A stretch of DNA of 64,000 nt from the human T2T-CHM13v2.0 reference genome, Homo sapiens: assembly GCF_009914755.1 (NCBI RefSeq), contig NC_060934.1; one strand, 5' to 3'. The position numbers were made by a program, and so were the translations under genes. Below are positions 44,101 to 58,094 of this stretch, in pieces (within the stretch, counting starts at the first letter, position 1; the number at the start of each line of letters is the position of its first letter). The notes beneath the pieces were generated by a model. It saw only the letters and a list, made by a program, of their open reading frames with translations, was not told the origin of the DNA and made no database searches.

Positions 44101-47100
44101 CGAATGCAATCATCATCGAATAGAATCGAATGGAATCATCGAATGGACACGAATGGAATAATCATTGAACGGAATCGAATGGAATAATCGTCGAATGGAA
44201 ACGCATGGAATCATCATCGAATGGAAATGAAAGGAGTCATCATCTAATGGAATCGCACAGAATCATCATCAAATGGAATCGAATGGAATCATCATCGAAT
44301 GGAATTTAATGGAATAATTGAACGGAAGTGAATGGAATCGTCATCGAATGAATTGAATGCAATCATCAAATGGTCTCGAATGTAACCATCTTCAAATGGA
44401 ATGGAATGGAATCATCGCATAGAATCGAATGGAATTATCATCGAATGGACTCAAATGGAATCAACATCAAACGGAATCAAACGGAATTATCGAATGGAAT
44501 CGAAGAGAATCATCGAATGGACTCGAATGGAATCATCTAATGAAATAGAATGGAATAATCCATGGACTCGAATGCAATCATCATCAAATGGAATCGAATG
44601 GAATCGTCGAATGGACTCGAGTGGAATAAACATTCAACGGAATCGAATGGAATCGTCACCGGTTGGAAACGAATGGAATCATCATCGAATGGAATCGAAT
44701 GGAATCATCAAATGGAATCAGATGAAATCATCATCAAATGGATTCGAATAGAATTATGGAATGAAATCCAATGTGATCATCATCGAATGGACACGAACGG
44801 AATCATCATCCAATGGAAACAAATGGAATCAACAACGAATGGAATCGAATGGAAACGCCATCGAAAGGAAACGAATGGAATTATCATGAAATTGAAATGG
44901 ATGGACTCATCATCGAATGGATTCGAATGGAATCACCGAATGAAATTGATTGAAATCATCATCAAATGGAATCGAATGGAATAATTGAATGGAATCGAAT
45001 GGAATCATCATCAGATGGAAATGAATGGAATCATCACTGAATGGAATCGAATGGATTCATTGAATGGAATCTGATGGAATCATCGAATGGACTTGAATGG
45101 AATCATTGAATGGACTCGAATGGAATCTTTATTGAATGGAATTGAATGGAATCATCGAATGGACTCGAATGGAAACATTATCAAATGGAATCGAATGGAA
45201 TCACCGAATAGAATCGAATGGAACAATCATCGAATGGACTAAAATGGAATTATCCTCAAATGGAATCGAATGGATTTATCGAATGCAATCGAATGGAATT
45301 ATCGAAAGCAATCGAATAGAATCATCGAATGGACTCGAATGGAATCATCGAATGGAATGGAATGGAATAGTCAATGAACTCGAATGGAATCATCATTGAA
45401 TGGAATCGAATGGAATCATCGAGTGGAATCGAATGGAATCATGATCAAATGGAATCGAATGTAATCATCATCAAATGGAATCCAAAATCACCATCAACAA
45501 TTGGTACTGAATGGAATTGTCATCAAATGGAATTCAAAGGAATCATCATCAAATGGAACCGAATGGAATCCTCATTGAATGGAAATGAAAGGAGTCATCA
45601 TCTAATGGAATCGCATGGAATCATCATCAAATGGAATCGAATGGAATCATCATCAAATGGAATCGAATGGAATCATTGAACGGAATTGAATCGAATCGTC
45701 ATCGAATGAATTGAATGCAATCATCGAATGGTCTCGAATGGAATCATCTTCAAATGGAAAGGAATGGAATCATCGCATAGAATCGAATGGAATTATCATC
45801 GAATGGACTCGAATGGAATCAACATCAAACGGAATCAAACGGAATTATCGAATGGAAGCGAAGAGAATCATCGAATGGACTCGAATGGAATCATCTAATT
45901 GAATGGAATGGAATAATCCATGGACCGGAATGCAATCATCATCGAATAGAATCGAATGCAATCATCGAATGGACTCGAATGGAATAATCATTGAACGAAA
46001 TCGAATGGAATCATCGTCGAATGGAAACGAATGGAATCATCATCGAATGGAAATGAAAGGAGTCATCATCTAATGGAATCGCATGGAATCATCATCAAAT
46101 GGAATCAAATGGAATCATCATCGAATGGAATCTAATATAATCATTGAACGGAATTGCATGGAATCGTCATCGAATGAATTGAATGCAATCATCGAATGGT
46201 CTCGAATGGAATCATCTTCAAATGGAATGGAATGGAATCATCGCATAGAATCGAATGGAATTATCATCGAATGGACTCAAATGGAATCAACATCAAACGG
46301 AATCAAACGGAATTATCGAATGGAATCGAAGAGAATCATCGAATGGACTCGAATGGAATCATCTAATGAAATAGAATGGAATAATCCATGGACTCGAATG
46401 CAATCATCATCAAATGGAATCGAATGGAATCGTCGAATGGACTCGAGTGGAATAAACATTCAACGGAATCGAATGGAATCGTCACCGGATGGAAACGAAT
46501 GGAATCATCATCGAATGGAATCGAATGGAATCATCAAATGGAATCAGATGAAATCATCATCAAATGGATTCGAATAGAATTATGGAATGAAATCCAATGT
46601 GATCATCATCGAATGGACTCAAACGGAATCATCATCCAATGGAAACTAATGGAATCAACATCGAATGGAATCGAATGGAAACGCCATCGAATTGAAACGA
46701 ATGGAATTATCATGAAATTGAAATGGATGGACTCATCATCGAATGGATTCGAATGGAATCACCGAATGAAATTGATAGAAATCATCATCAAATGGAATCG
46801 AATGGAATCATTGAATGGAATCGAATGGAATCATCATCAGATGGAAATGAATGGAATCATCATTGAATGGAATCGAATGGATTCTTTGAATGGAATCTGA
46901 TGGAATCATCGAATGGTCTTGAATGGAATCATTGAATGGACTCGAATGGAATCTTTATTGAATGGAATTGAATGGAATCATCGAATGGTCACGAATGGAA
47001 TCATTATCAAATGGAATCGAATGGAATCACCGAATAGAATCGAATGGAACAATCATCGAATGGACTCAAATGGAATTATCCTCAAATGGAATCAAATGGA

Positions 47101-50100
47101 ATTATCGAATGCAATCGAATGGAATTATCGAATGCAATCGAATAGAATCATCGAATGGACTCGAATGGTATCATCGAATGGAACGGAATGGAATAGTCAA
47201 TGAACTCGAATGGAATCATCATTGAATGGAATTGAATGGAATCATCGAGTGGAATCGAATGGAATCATGATCAAATGGAATCGAATGTAATCATCATCAA
47301 ATGGAATCCAAATTAACCATCATCACTTGGTATTGAATGGAATTGTCATCAAATGGAATTCAAAGGAATCATCATGAAATGGAACCGAATGGAATCATCA
47401 TTGAATGGAAATGAAAGGAGTCATCATCTAATGGAATCGCATGGAATCATCATCAAATGGAATCGAATGGAATCATCATCAAATGGAATCTAATGGAATC
47501 ATTGAACAGAATTGAATGGAATCGTCATCGAATGAATTGAGTGCAATCATCGAATGGTCTCGAAAGGAATAATCTTCAAATGGAAAGGAATGGAATCATC
47601 TCATAGAATCGAATGGAATTATCAACGAATGGACTCGAATGGAATCAACATCAAACGGAATTATCGAATGGAATCGAAGAGAATCATCGAATGGCCACGA
47701 ATGGAATCATCTAATGGAATGGAATGGAATAATCCATGGACCCGAATGCAATCATCATCGAATAGAATCGAATGGAATCATCGAATGGACACGAATGGAA
47801 TAATCATTGAACGGAATTGAATGGAATCATCGTCGAATGGAAACGCATGGAATCATCATCGAATGGAAATGAAAGGAGTCATCATCTAATGGAATCGCAC
47901 GGAATCATCATCAAATGGAATGGAATGGAATCATCATCGAATGGAATCTAATGGAATAATTGAATGGAAGTGAATGGAATCGTCATCGAATGAATTGAAT
48001 GCAATCATCGAATGGTCTCGAATGGAATCATCTTCAAATGGAATGGAATGGAATCATCGCATAGAATCGAATGGAATTATCATCGAATGGCCTCAAATGG
48101 AATCAACATCAAACGGAATCAAACGGAATTATCGAATGGAATCGAAGAGAATCATCGAATGGACTCGAATGGAATCATCTAATGAAATAGAATGGAATAA
48201 TCCATGGACTCGAATGCAATCATCATCAAATGGAATCGAATGGAATCGTCGAATGGACTCGAGTGGAATAAACATTCAACGGAATCGAATGGAATCGTCA
48301 CCGGATGGAAACGAATGGAATCATCATCGAATGGAATCGAATGGAATCATCAAATGGAATCAGATGGAATCATCATCAAATGGAATCGAATAGAATTATG
48401 GAATGAAATGAAATGTGATCATCATCGAATGGACTCGAACGGAATCATCATCCAATGGAAACTAATGGAATCAACATCAAATGGAATCGAATGGAAACAC
48501 CATCGAATTGAAATGAATGGAATTATCATGAAATTGAAATGGATGGACTCATCATCGAATGGATTTGAATGGAATCACCGAATGAAATTGATTGAAATCA
48601 TCATCGAATGGAATCATTGAATGGAATCGAATGGAATCATCATCAGATGGAAATGAACGGAATCATCATAGAATGGAATCGAACGGATTCATTGAATGGA
48701 ATCAGATGGAATCATCGAATGGACATGAATGGAATCATTGAATGGACTCGAATGGAATCATTATTGAATAGAATTGAATGGAATCATTGAACGGCCTCGA
48801 ATGGAATAATTATGAAATGAAATCGAATGGAATCACCGAATAGAATCGAATGGAACAATCATCGAATGCACTCAAATGGAATTATCCTCAAATGGAATCG
48901 AATGGAATTATCGAATGCAATCGAATAGAATCATCGAATGGACTCGAATGGTATCATCGAATGGAACGGAATGGAATAGTCAATGAACTCGAATGGAATC
49001 ATCATTGAATGGAATCGAATGGAATCATCGAGTGGAATCGAATGGAATCATGATCAAATGCAATCGAATGTAATCATCATCAAATGGAATCCAAATTAAC
49101 CATCATCACTTGGTATTGAATGGAATTGTCATCAAATGGAATTCAAAGGAATCATCATGAAGTGGAACCGAATGGAATCATCATTGAATGGAAATGAAAG
49201 GAGTCATCATCTAATGGAATCGCATGGAATCATCATCAAATGGAATCGAATGGAATCATCATCAAATGGAATCTAATGGAATCATTGAACGGAATTGAAT
49301 GGAATCGTCATCGAATGAATTGAGTGCAATCATCGAATGGTCTCGAATGGAATCATCTTCAAATGGAAAGGAATGGAATCATCGCATAGAATCGAATGGA
49401 ATTATCATCGAATGGACCCGAATGGAATCAACATCAAACGGAATCAAACGGAATTATCGAATGGAATCGAAGAGAATCATCGAATGGCCACGAATGGAAT
49501 CATCTAATGGAATGGAATGGAATAATCCATGGACCCGAATGCAATCATCATCGAATAGAATCGAATGGAATCATCGAATGGACTCGAATGGAATAATCAT
49601 TGAACGCAATCGAATGGAATCATCGAGTGGAATCGAATGGAATCATGATCAAATGGAATCGAATGTAATCATCATCAAATGGAATCCAAAATCACCATCA
49701 TCAATTGCTACTGAATGGAATTGTCATCAAATGGAATTCAAAGGAATCATCATCAAATGGAACCGAATGGAATCCTCATTGAATGGAAATGAAAGGAGTC
49801 ATCATCTAATGGAATCGCATGGAATCATCATCAAATGGAATCGAATGGAATCATCATCAAATGGAATCGAATGGAATCATTGAACGGAATTGAATCGAGT
49901 CGTCATCGAATGAATTGAATGCAATCATCGAATGGTCTCGAATGGAATTATCTTCAAATGGAAAGGAATGGAATCATCGCATAGAATCGAATGGAATTAT
50001 CATCGAATGGACTCGAATGGAATCAACATCAAATGGAATCAAACGGAATTATCGAATGGAATCGAAGAGAATCATCGAATGGCCACGAATGGAATCATCT

Positions 50101-51110
50101 AATTGAATGGAATGGAATAATCCATGGACCCGAATGCAATCATCATCGAATAGAATCGAATGGAATCATCGAATGGACACGAATGGAATAATCATTGAAC
50201 GGAATCGAATGGAATCATCGTCGAATGGAAACGCATGGAATCATCATCGAATGGAAATGAAAGGAGTCATCATCTAATGAAATCGCACGGAATCATCATC
50301 AAATGGAATCGAATGGAATCATCATCGAATGGAATCTAATGGAATCATTCAACCGAATTGCATGGAATCGTCATCGAATGAATTGAATGCAATCATCGAA
50401 TGGTCTCGAATGGAATCATCTTCAAATGGAATGGAATGGAATCATCGCATAGAATCGAATGGAATTATCATCGAATGGACTCAAATGGAATCAACATCAA
50501 ACGGAATCAAACGGAATTATCGAATGGAATCGAAGAGAATCATCGAATGGACTCGAATGGAATCATCTAATGAAATAGAATGGAATAATCCATGGACTCG
50601 AATGCAATCATCATCAAATGGAATCGAATGGAATCGTCGAATGGACTCGAGTGGAATAAACATTCAACGGAATCGAATGGAATCGTCACCGGATGGAAAC
50701 GAATGGAATCATCATCGAATGGAATCGAATGGAATCATCAAATGGAATCAGATGGAATCATCATCAAATGGAATCGAATAGAATTATGGAATGAAATCCA
50801 ATGTGATCATCATCGAATGGACTCGAACGGAATCATCATCCAATGGAAACTAATGGAATCAACATCGAATGGAATCGAATGGAAACGCCATCGAATTGAA
50901 ACGAATGGAATTATCATGAAATTGAAATGGATGGACTCATCATCGAATGGATTCGAATGGAATCACCGAATGAAATTGATAGAAATCATCAAATGGAATC
51001 GAATGGAATCATTGAATGGAATCAAATGGAATCATCGAATGGAATGGAATGGAAGAGTCAATGAACTCGAATGGAATCATCATTGAATGGAATCGAATGG
51101 AATCATCGAG

Positions 51111-54100
51111 TGGAATCGAATGGAATCATGATCAAATGGAATCGAATGTAATCATCATCAAATGGAATCCAAAATCTCCATCATCAATTGGTACTGAATG
51201 GAATTGTCATCAAATGGAATTCAAAGGAATCATCATCAAATGGAACCGAATGGAATCCTCATTGAATGGAAATGAAAGGAGTCATCATCTAATGGAATCG
51301 CATGGAATCATCATCAAATGGAATCGAATGGAATCATCATCAAATGGAATCGAATGGAATCATTGAACGGAATTGAATGGAATCGTCATCGAATGAATTG
51401 AATGCAATCATCGAATGGTCTCGAATGGAATCCTCTTCAAATGGAAAGGAATGGAATCATCGCATAGAATCGAATGGAATTATCATCGAATGGACTCAAA
51501 TGGAATCAACATCAAACGGAATCAAACGGAATTATCGAATGGAATCGAAGAGAATCATCGAATGGACTCGAATGGAATCATCTAATGGAATGGAATGGAA
51601 TAATCCATGGACCCGAATGCAATCATCATCGAATAGAATCGAATGGAATCATCGAATGGACACGAATGGAATAATCATTGAACGCAATGGAATGGAATCA
51701 TCGAGTGGAATCGAATGGAATCATGATGAAATGGAATCGAATGTAATCATCATCAAATGGAATCCAAAATCACCATCATCAATTGGTACTGAATGGAATT
51801 GTCATCAAATGGAATTCAAAGGAATCATCATCAAATGGAACCGAATGGAATCCTCATTGAATGGAAATGAAAGGAGTCATCATCTAATGGAATCGCATGG
51901 AATCATCATCAAATGGAATCGAATGGAATCATCATCAAATGGAATCGAATGGAATCATTGAACGGAATTGAATGGAATCGTCATCGAATGAATTGAATGC
52001 ACTCATCGAATGGTCTCGAATGGAATCATCTTCAATTGGAAAGGAATGGAATCATCGCATAGAATTGAATGGAATGATCATCGAATGGACTCGAATGGAA
52101 TCAACATCAAACGGAATCAAACGGAATTATCGAATGGAATCGAAGAGAATCATCGAATGGCCACGAATGGAATCATCTAATGGAATGGAATGGAATAATC
52201 CATGGACCCGAATGCAATCATCATCGAATAGAATCGAATGCAATCATCGAATGGACTCGAATGGAATAATCATTGAACGAAATCGAATGGAATCATCGTC
52301 GAATGGAAACGAATGGAATCATCTTCGAATGGAAATGAAAGGAGTCATCATCTAATGGAATCGCATGGAATCATCATCAAATGGAAACAAATGGAATCAT
52401 CATCGAATGGAATCTAATGGAATCATTGAACGGAATTGCATGGAATCGTCATCGAATGAATTGAATGCAATCATCGAATGGTCTCGAATGGAATCATCTT
52501 CAAATGGAATGGAATGGAATCATCGCATAGAATCGAATAGAATTATCATCGAATGGACTCAAGTGGAATCAACATCAAACGGAATCAAACGGAATTATCG
52601 AATGGAATCGAAGACAATCATCGAATGGACTCTAATGGAATCATCTAATGAAATAGAATGGAATAATCCATGGACTCGAATGCAATCATCATCAAATGGA
52701 ATCGAATGGAATCGTCGAATGGACTCGAGTGGAATAAACATTCAACGGAATCGAATGGAATCGTCACCGGATGGAAACGAATGGAATCATCATCGAATGG
52801 AATCGAATGGAATCATCAAATGGAATCAGATGGAATCATCATCAAATGGAATCGAATAGAATTATGGAATGATATCCAATGTGATCATCATCGAATGGAC
52901 TCGAACGGAATCATCATCCAATGGAAACTAATGGAATCAACATCGAATGGAATCGAATGGAAACGCCATCGAATTGAAACGAATGGAATTATCATGAAAT
53001 TGAAATGGATGGACTCATCATCGAATGGATTCGAATGGAATCACCGAATGAAATTGATAGAAATCATCAAATGGAATCGAATGGAATCATTGAATGGAAT
53101 CGAATGGAATCATCGAATGGAATGGAATGGAAGAGTCAATGTACTCGAATGGAATCATCATTGAATGGAATCGAATGGAATCATCGAGTGGAATCGAATG
53201 GAATCATGATCAAATGGAATCGAATGTAATCATCATCAAATGGAATCCAAAATCACCATCATCAATTGGTACTGAATGGAATTGTCATCAAATGGAATTC
53301 AAAGGAATCATCATCAAATGGAACCGAATGGAATCCTCATTGAATGGAAATGAAAGGAGTCATCATCTAATGGAATCGCATGGAATCATCATCAAATGGA
53401 ATCGAATGGAATCATCATCAAATGGAATCGAATGGAATCATTGAACGGAATTGAATGGAATCGTCATCGAATGAATTGAATACAATCATCGAATGGTCTC
53501 GAATGGAATCCTCTTCAAATGGAAAGGAATGGAATCATCGCATAGAATCGAATGGAATTATCATCGAATGGACTCGAATGGAATCAACATCAAACGGAAT
53601 CAAACGGAATTATCGAATGGAATCGAAGAGAATCATCGAATGGACTCGAATGGAATCATCTAATGGAATGGAATGGAATAATCCATGGACCCGAATGCAA
53701 TCATCATCGAATAGAATCGAATGCAATCATCGAATGGACTCGAATGGAATAATCATTGAACGAAATCGAATGGAATCATCGTCGAATGGAAACGAATGGA
53801 ATCATCTTCGAATGGAAATGAAAGGAGTCATCATCTAATGGAATCGCATGGAATCATCATCAAATGGAAACAAATGGAATCATCATCGAATGGAATCTAA
53901 TGGAATCATTGAACGGAATTGCATGGAATCGTCATCGAATGAATTGAATGCAATCATCGAATGGTCTCGAATGGAATCATCTTCAAATGGAATGGAATGG
54001 AATCATTGCATAGAATCGAATAGAATTATCATCGAATGGACTCAAGTGGAATCAACATCAAACGGAATCAAATGGAATTATCGAATGGAATCGAAGAGAA

Positions 54101-57100
54101 TCATCGAATGGACTCTAATGGAATCATCTAATGAAATAGAATGGAATAATCCATGGACTCGAATGCAATCATCATCAAATGGAATCGAATGGAATCGTCG
54201 AATGGACTCGAGTGGAATAAACATTCAACGGAATCGAATGGAATCGTCACCGGATGGAAACGAAGGGAATCATCATCGAATGGAATCGAATGGAATCATC
54301 AAATGGAATCAGATGGAATCATCATCAAATGGAATCGAATAGAATGATGCAATGAAATCCAATGTGATCATCATCGAATGGACTCGAACGGAATCATCAT
54401 CCAATGGAAACTAATGGAATCAACATCGAATGGAATCGAATGGAAATGCCATCGAATTGAAACGAATGGAATTATCATGAAATTGAAATGGATGGACTCA
54501 TCATCGAATGGATTCGAATGGAATCACCAAATGAAATTGATAGAAATCATCAAATGGAATCGAATGGAATCATTGAATGGAATCGAATGGAATCATCGAA
54601 TGGAATGGAATGGAAGAGTCAATGAACTCGAATGGAATCATCATTGAATGGAATCGAATGGAATCATCGAGTGGAATCGAATGGAATCATGATCAAATGG
54701 AATCGAATGTAATCATCATCAAATGGAATCCAAAATCACCATCATCAATTGGTACTGAATGGAATTGTCATCAAATGGAATTCAAAGGAATCATCATCAA
54801 ATGGAACCGAAAGGAATCCTCATTGAATGGAAATGAAAGGAGTCATCATCTAATGGAATCGCATGGAATCATCATCAAATGGAATCGAATGGAATCATCA
54901 TCAAATGGAATCGAATGGAATCATTGAACGGAATTGAATGGAATCGTCACCGAATGAATTGAATGCAATCATCGAATGGTCTCGAATGGAATCCTCTTCA
55001 AATGGAAAGGAATGGAATCATCGCATAGAATCGAATGGAATTATCATCGAATGGACTCAAATGGAATCAACATCAAACGGAATCAAACGGAATTATCGAA
55101 TGGAATCGAAGAGAATCATCGAATGGACTCGAATGGAATCATCTAATGAAATAGAATGGAATAATCCATGGACTCGAATGCAATCATCATCAAATGGAAT
55201 CGAATGGAATCGTCGAATGGACTCGAGTGGAATAAACATTCAACGGAATCGAATGGAATCGTCACCGGATGGAAACGAATGGAATCATCATCGAATGGAA
55301 TCGAATGGAATCATCAAATGGAATCAGATGAAATCATCATCAAATGGATTCGAATAGAATTATGGAATGAAATCCAATGTGATCATCATCGAATGGACTC
55401 AAACGGAATCATCATCCAATGGAAACTAATGGAATCAACATCGAATGGAATCGAATGGAAACGCCATCGAATTGAAACGAATGGAATTATCATGAAATTG
55501 AAATTGATGGACTCATCATCGAATGGATTCGAATGGAATCACCGAATGAAATTGATAGAAATCATCATCAAATGGAATCGAATGGAATCATTGAATGGAA
55601 TCGAATGGAATCATCATCAGATGGAAATGAATGGAATCATCATTGAATGGAATCGAATGGATTCTTTGAATGGAATCTGATGGAATCATTGAATGGTCTT
55701 GAATGGAATCATTGAATGGACTCGAATGGAATCTTTATTGAATGGAATTGAATGGAATCATCGAATGGTCTCGAATGGAATCATTATCAAATGGAATCGA
55801 ATGGAATCACCGAATAGAATCGAATGGAACAATCATCGAATGGACTCAAATGGAATTATCCTCAAATGGAATCAAATGGAATTATCGAATGCAATCGAAT
55901 GGAATTATCGAATGCAATCGAATAGAATCATCGAATGGACTCGAATGGTATCATCGAATGGAACGGAATGGAATAGTCAATGAACTCGAATGGAATCATC
56001 ATTGAATGGAATCGAATGGAATCATCGAGTGGAATCGAATGGAATCATGATCAAATGGAATCGAATGTAATCATCATCAAATGGAATCCAAAATCACCAT
56101 CATCAATTGGTACTGAATGGAATTGTCATCAAATGGAATTCAAAGGAATCATCATCAAATGGAACCGAATGGAATCCTCATTGAATGGAAATGAAAGGAG
56201 TCATCATCTAATGGAATCGCATGGAATCATCATCAAATGGAATCGAATGGAATCATCATCAAATGGAATCGAATGGAATCATTGAACGGAATTGAATCGA
56301 ATCGTCATCGAATGAATTGAGTGCAATCACCGAATGGTCTCGAATGGAATAATCTTCAAATGGAAAGGAATGGAATCATCGCATAGAATCGAATGGAATT
56401 ATCAACGAATGGACTCGAATCGAATCAACATCAAACGGAGTCAAACGGAATTATCGAATGGAATCGAAGAGAATCATCGAATGGCCACGAATGGAATCAT
56501 CTAATTGAATGGAATGGAATAATCCATGGACCCGAATGCAATCATCATCGAATAGAATCGAATGGAATCATCGAATGGACACGAATGGAATAATCATTGA
56601 ACGGAATCGAATGGAATCATCGTCGAATGGAAACGCATGGAATCATCATCGAATGGAAATGAAAGGAGTCATCAACTAATGAAATCGCACGGAATCATCA
56701 TCAAATGGAATTGAATGGAATCATCATCGAATGGAATCTAATGGAATCATTCAACCGAATTGCATGGAATCGTCATCGAATGAATTGAATGCAATCATCG
56801 AATGGTCTCGAATGGAATCATCTTCAAATGGAATGGAATGGAATCATCGCATAGAATCGAATTGAATTATCATCGAGTGGACTCAAATGGAATCAACATC
56901 AAACGGAATCAAACGGAATTATCGAATGGAATCGAAGAGAATCATCGAATGGACTCGAATGGAATCATCTAATGAAATAGAATGGAATAATCCATGGACT
57001 CGAATGCAATCATCATCAAATGGAATCGAATGGAATCGTCGAATGGACTCGAGTGGAATAAACATTCAACGGAATCGAATGGAATCGTCACCGGATGGAA

Positions 57101-57836
57101 ACGAATGGAATCATCATCGAATGGAATCGAATGGAATCATCAAATGGAATCAGATGAAATCATCATCAAATGGATTCGAATAGAATTATGGAATGAAATC
57201 CAATGTGATCATCATCGAATGGACACGAACGGAATCATCATCCAATGGAAACAAATGGAATCAACATCGAATGGAATCGAATGGAAACGCCATCGAAAGG
57301 AAACGAATGGAATTATCATGAAATTGAAATGGATGGACTCATCATCGAATGGATTCGAATGGAATCACCGAATGAAATTGATAGAAATCATCATCAAATG
57401 GAATCGAATGGAATCATTGAATGGAATCGAATGGAATCATCATCAGATGGAAATGAATGGAATCATCACTGAATGGAATCGAATGGATTCATTGAATGGA
57501 ATCCGATGGAATCATCGAATGGACTTGAATGGAATCATTGAATGGACTCGAATGGAATCTTTATTGAATGGAATTGAATGGAATCATCGAATGGTCTCGA
57601 ATGGAATCATTATCAAATGGAATCGAATGGAATCACCGAATAGAATCGAATGGAACAATCATCGAATGGACTCAAATGGAATTATCCTCAAATGGAATCG
57701 AATGGATTTATCGAATGAAATCGAATGGAATTATCGAAAGCAATCGAATAGAATCATCGAATGGACTCGAATGGAATCATCGAATGGAATGGAATGGAAG
57801 AGTCAATGAACTCGAATGGAATCATCATTGAATGGA
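51111..57836 (+). repeat. ~6.7-kb block, copy 2 (copy 1 at 28443-35168)
   Basis: Same EcoRI spacing series (595, 1483, 1483, 1358) and the same private variants at offset 22668. Confidence 0.9.
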
Positions 57837-57983
57837 ATCGAATGGAATCATCGAGTGGAATCGAATGGAATCATGATCAAATGGAATCGAATGTAATCAT
57901 CATCAAATGGAATCCAAAATCACCATCATCAATTGGTACTGAATGGAATTGTCATCAAATGGAATTCAAAGGAATCATCATCA

Positions 57984-58094
57984 AATGGAACCGAATGGAA
58001 TCCTCATTGAATGGAAATGAAAGGAGTCATCATCTAATGGAACCGAATTGAATCCTCATTGAATGGAAATGAAAGGAGTCATCATCTAATGGAA
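57984..58094 (+). repeat. 52-bp (2 x 26-bp monomer) local tandem duplication
   Basis: CCGAAT(G/T)GAATCCTCATTGAATGGAAATGAAAGGAGTCATCATCTAATGGAA occurs at 57991 and again at 58043, with one mismatch. Confidence 0.9.

Noticed and set aside
56994-57809. Longest ORF (271 aa)
   Set aside because: It results from a single T>C change at 57504 (TGA>CGA) relative to the sister copy (34836), fusing two spurious satellite ORFs.
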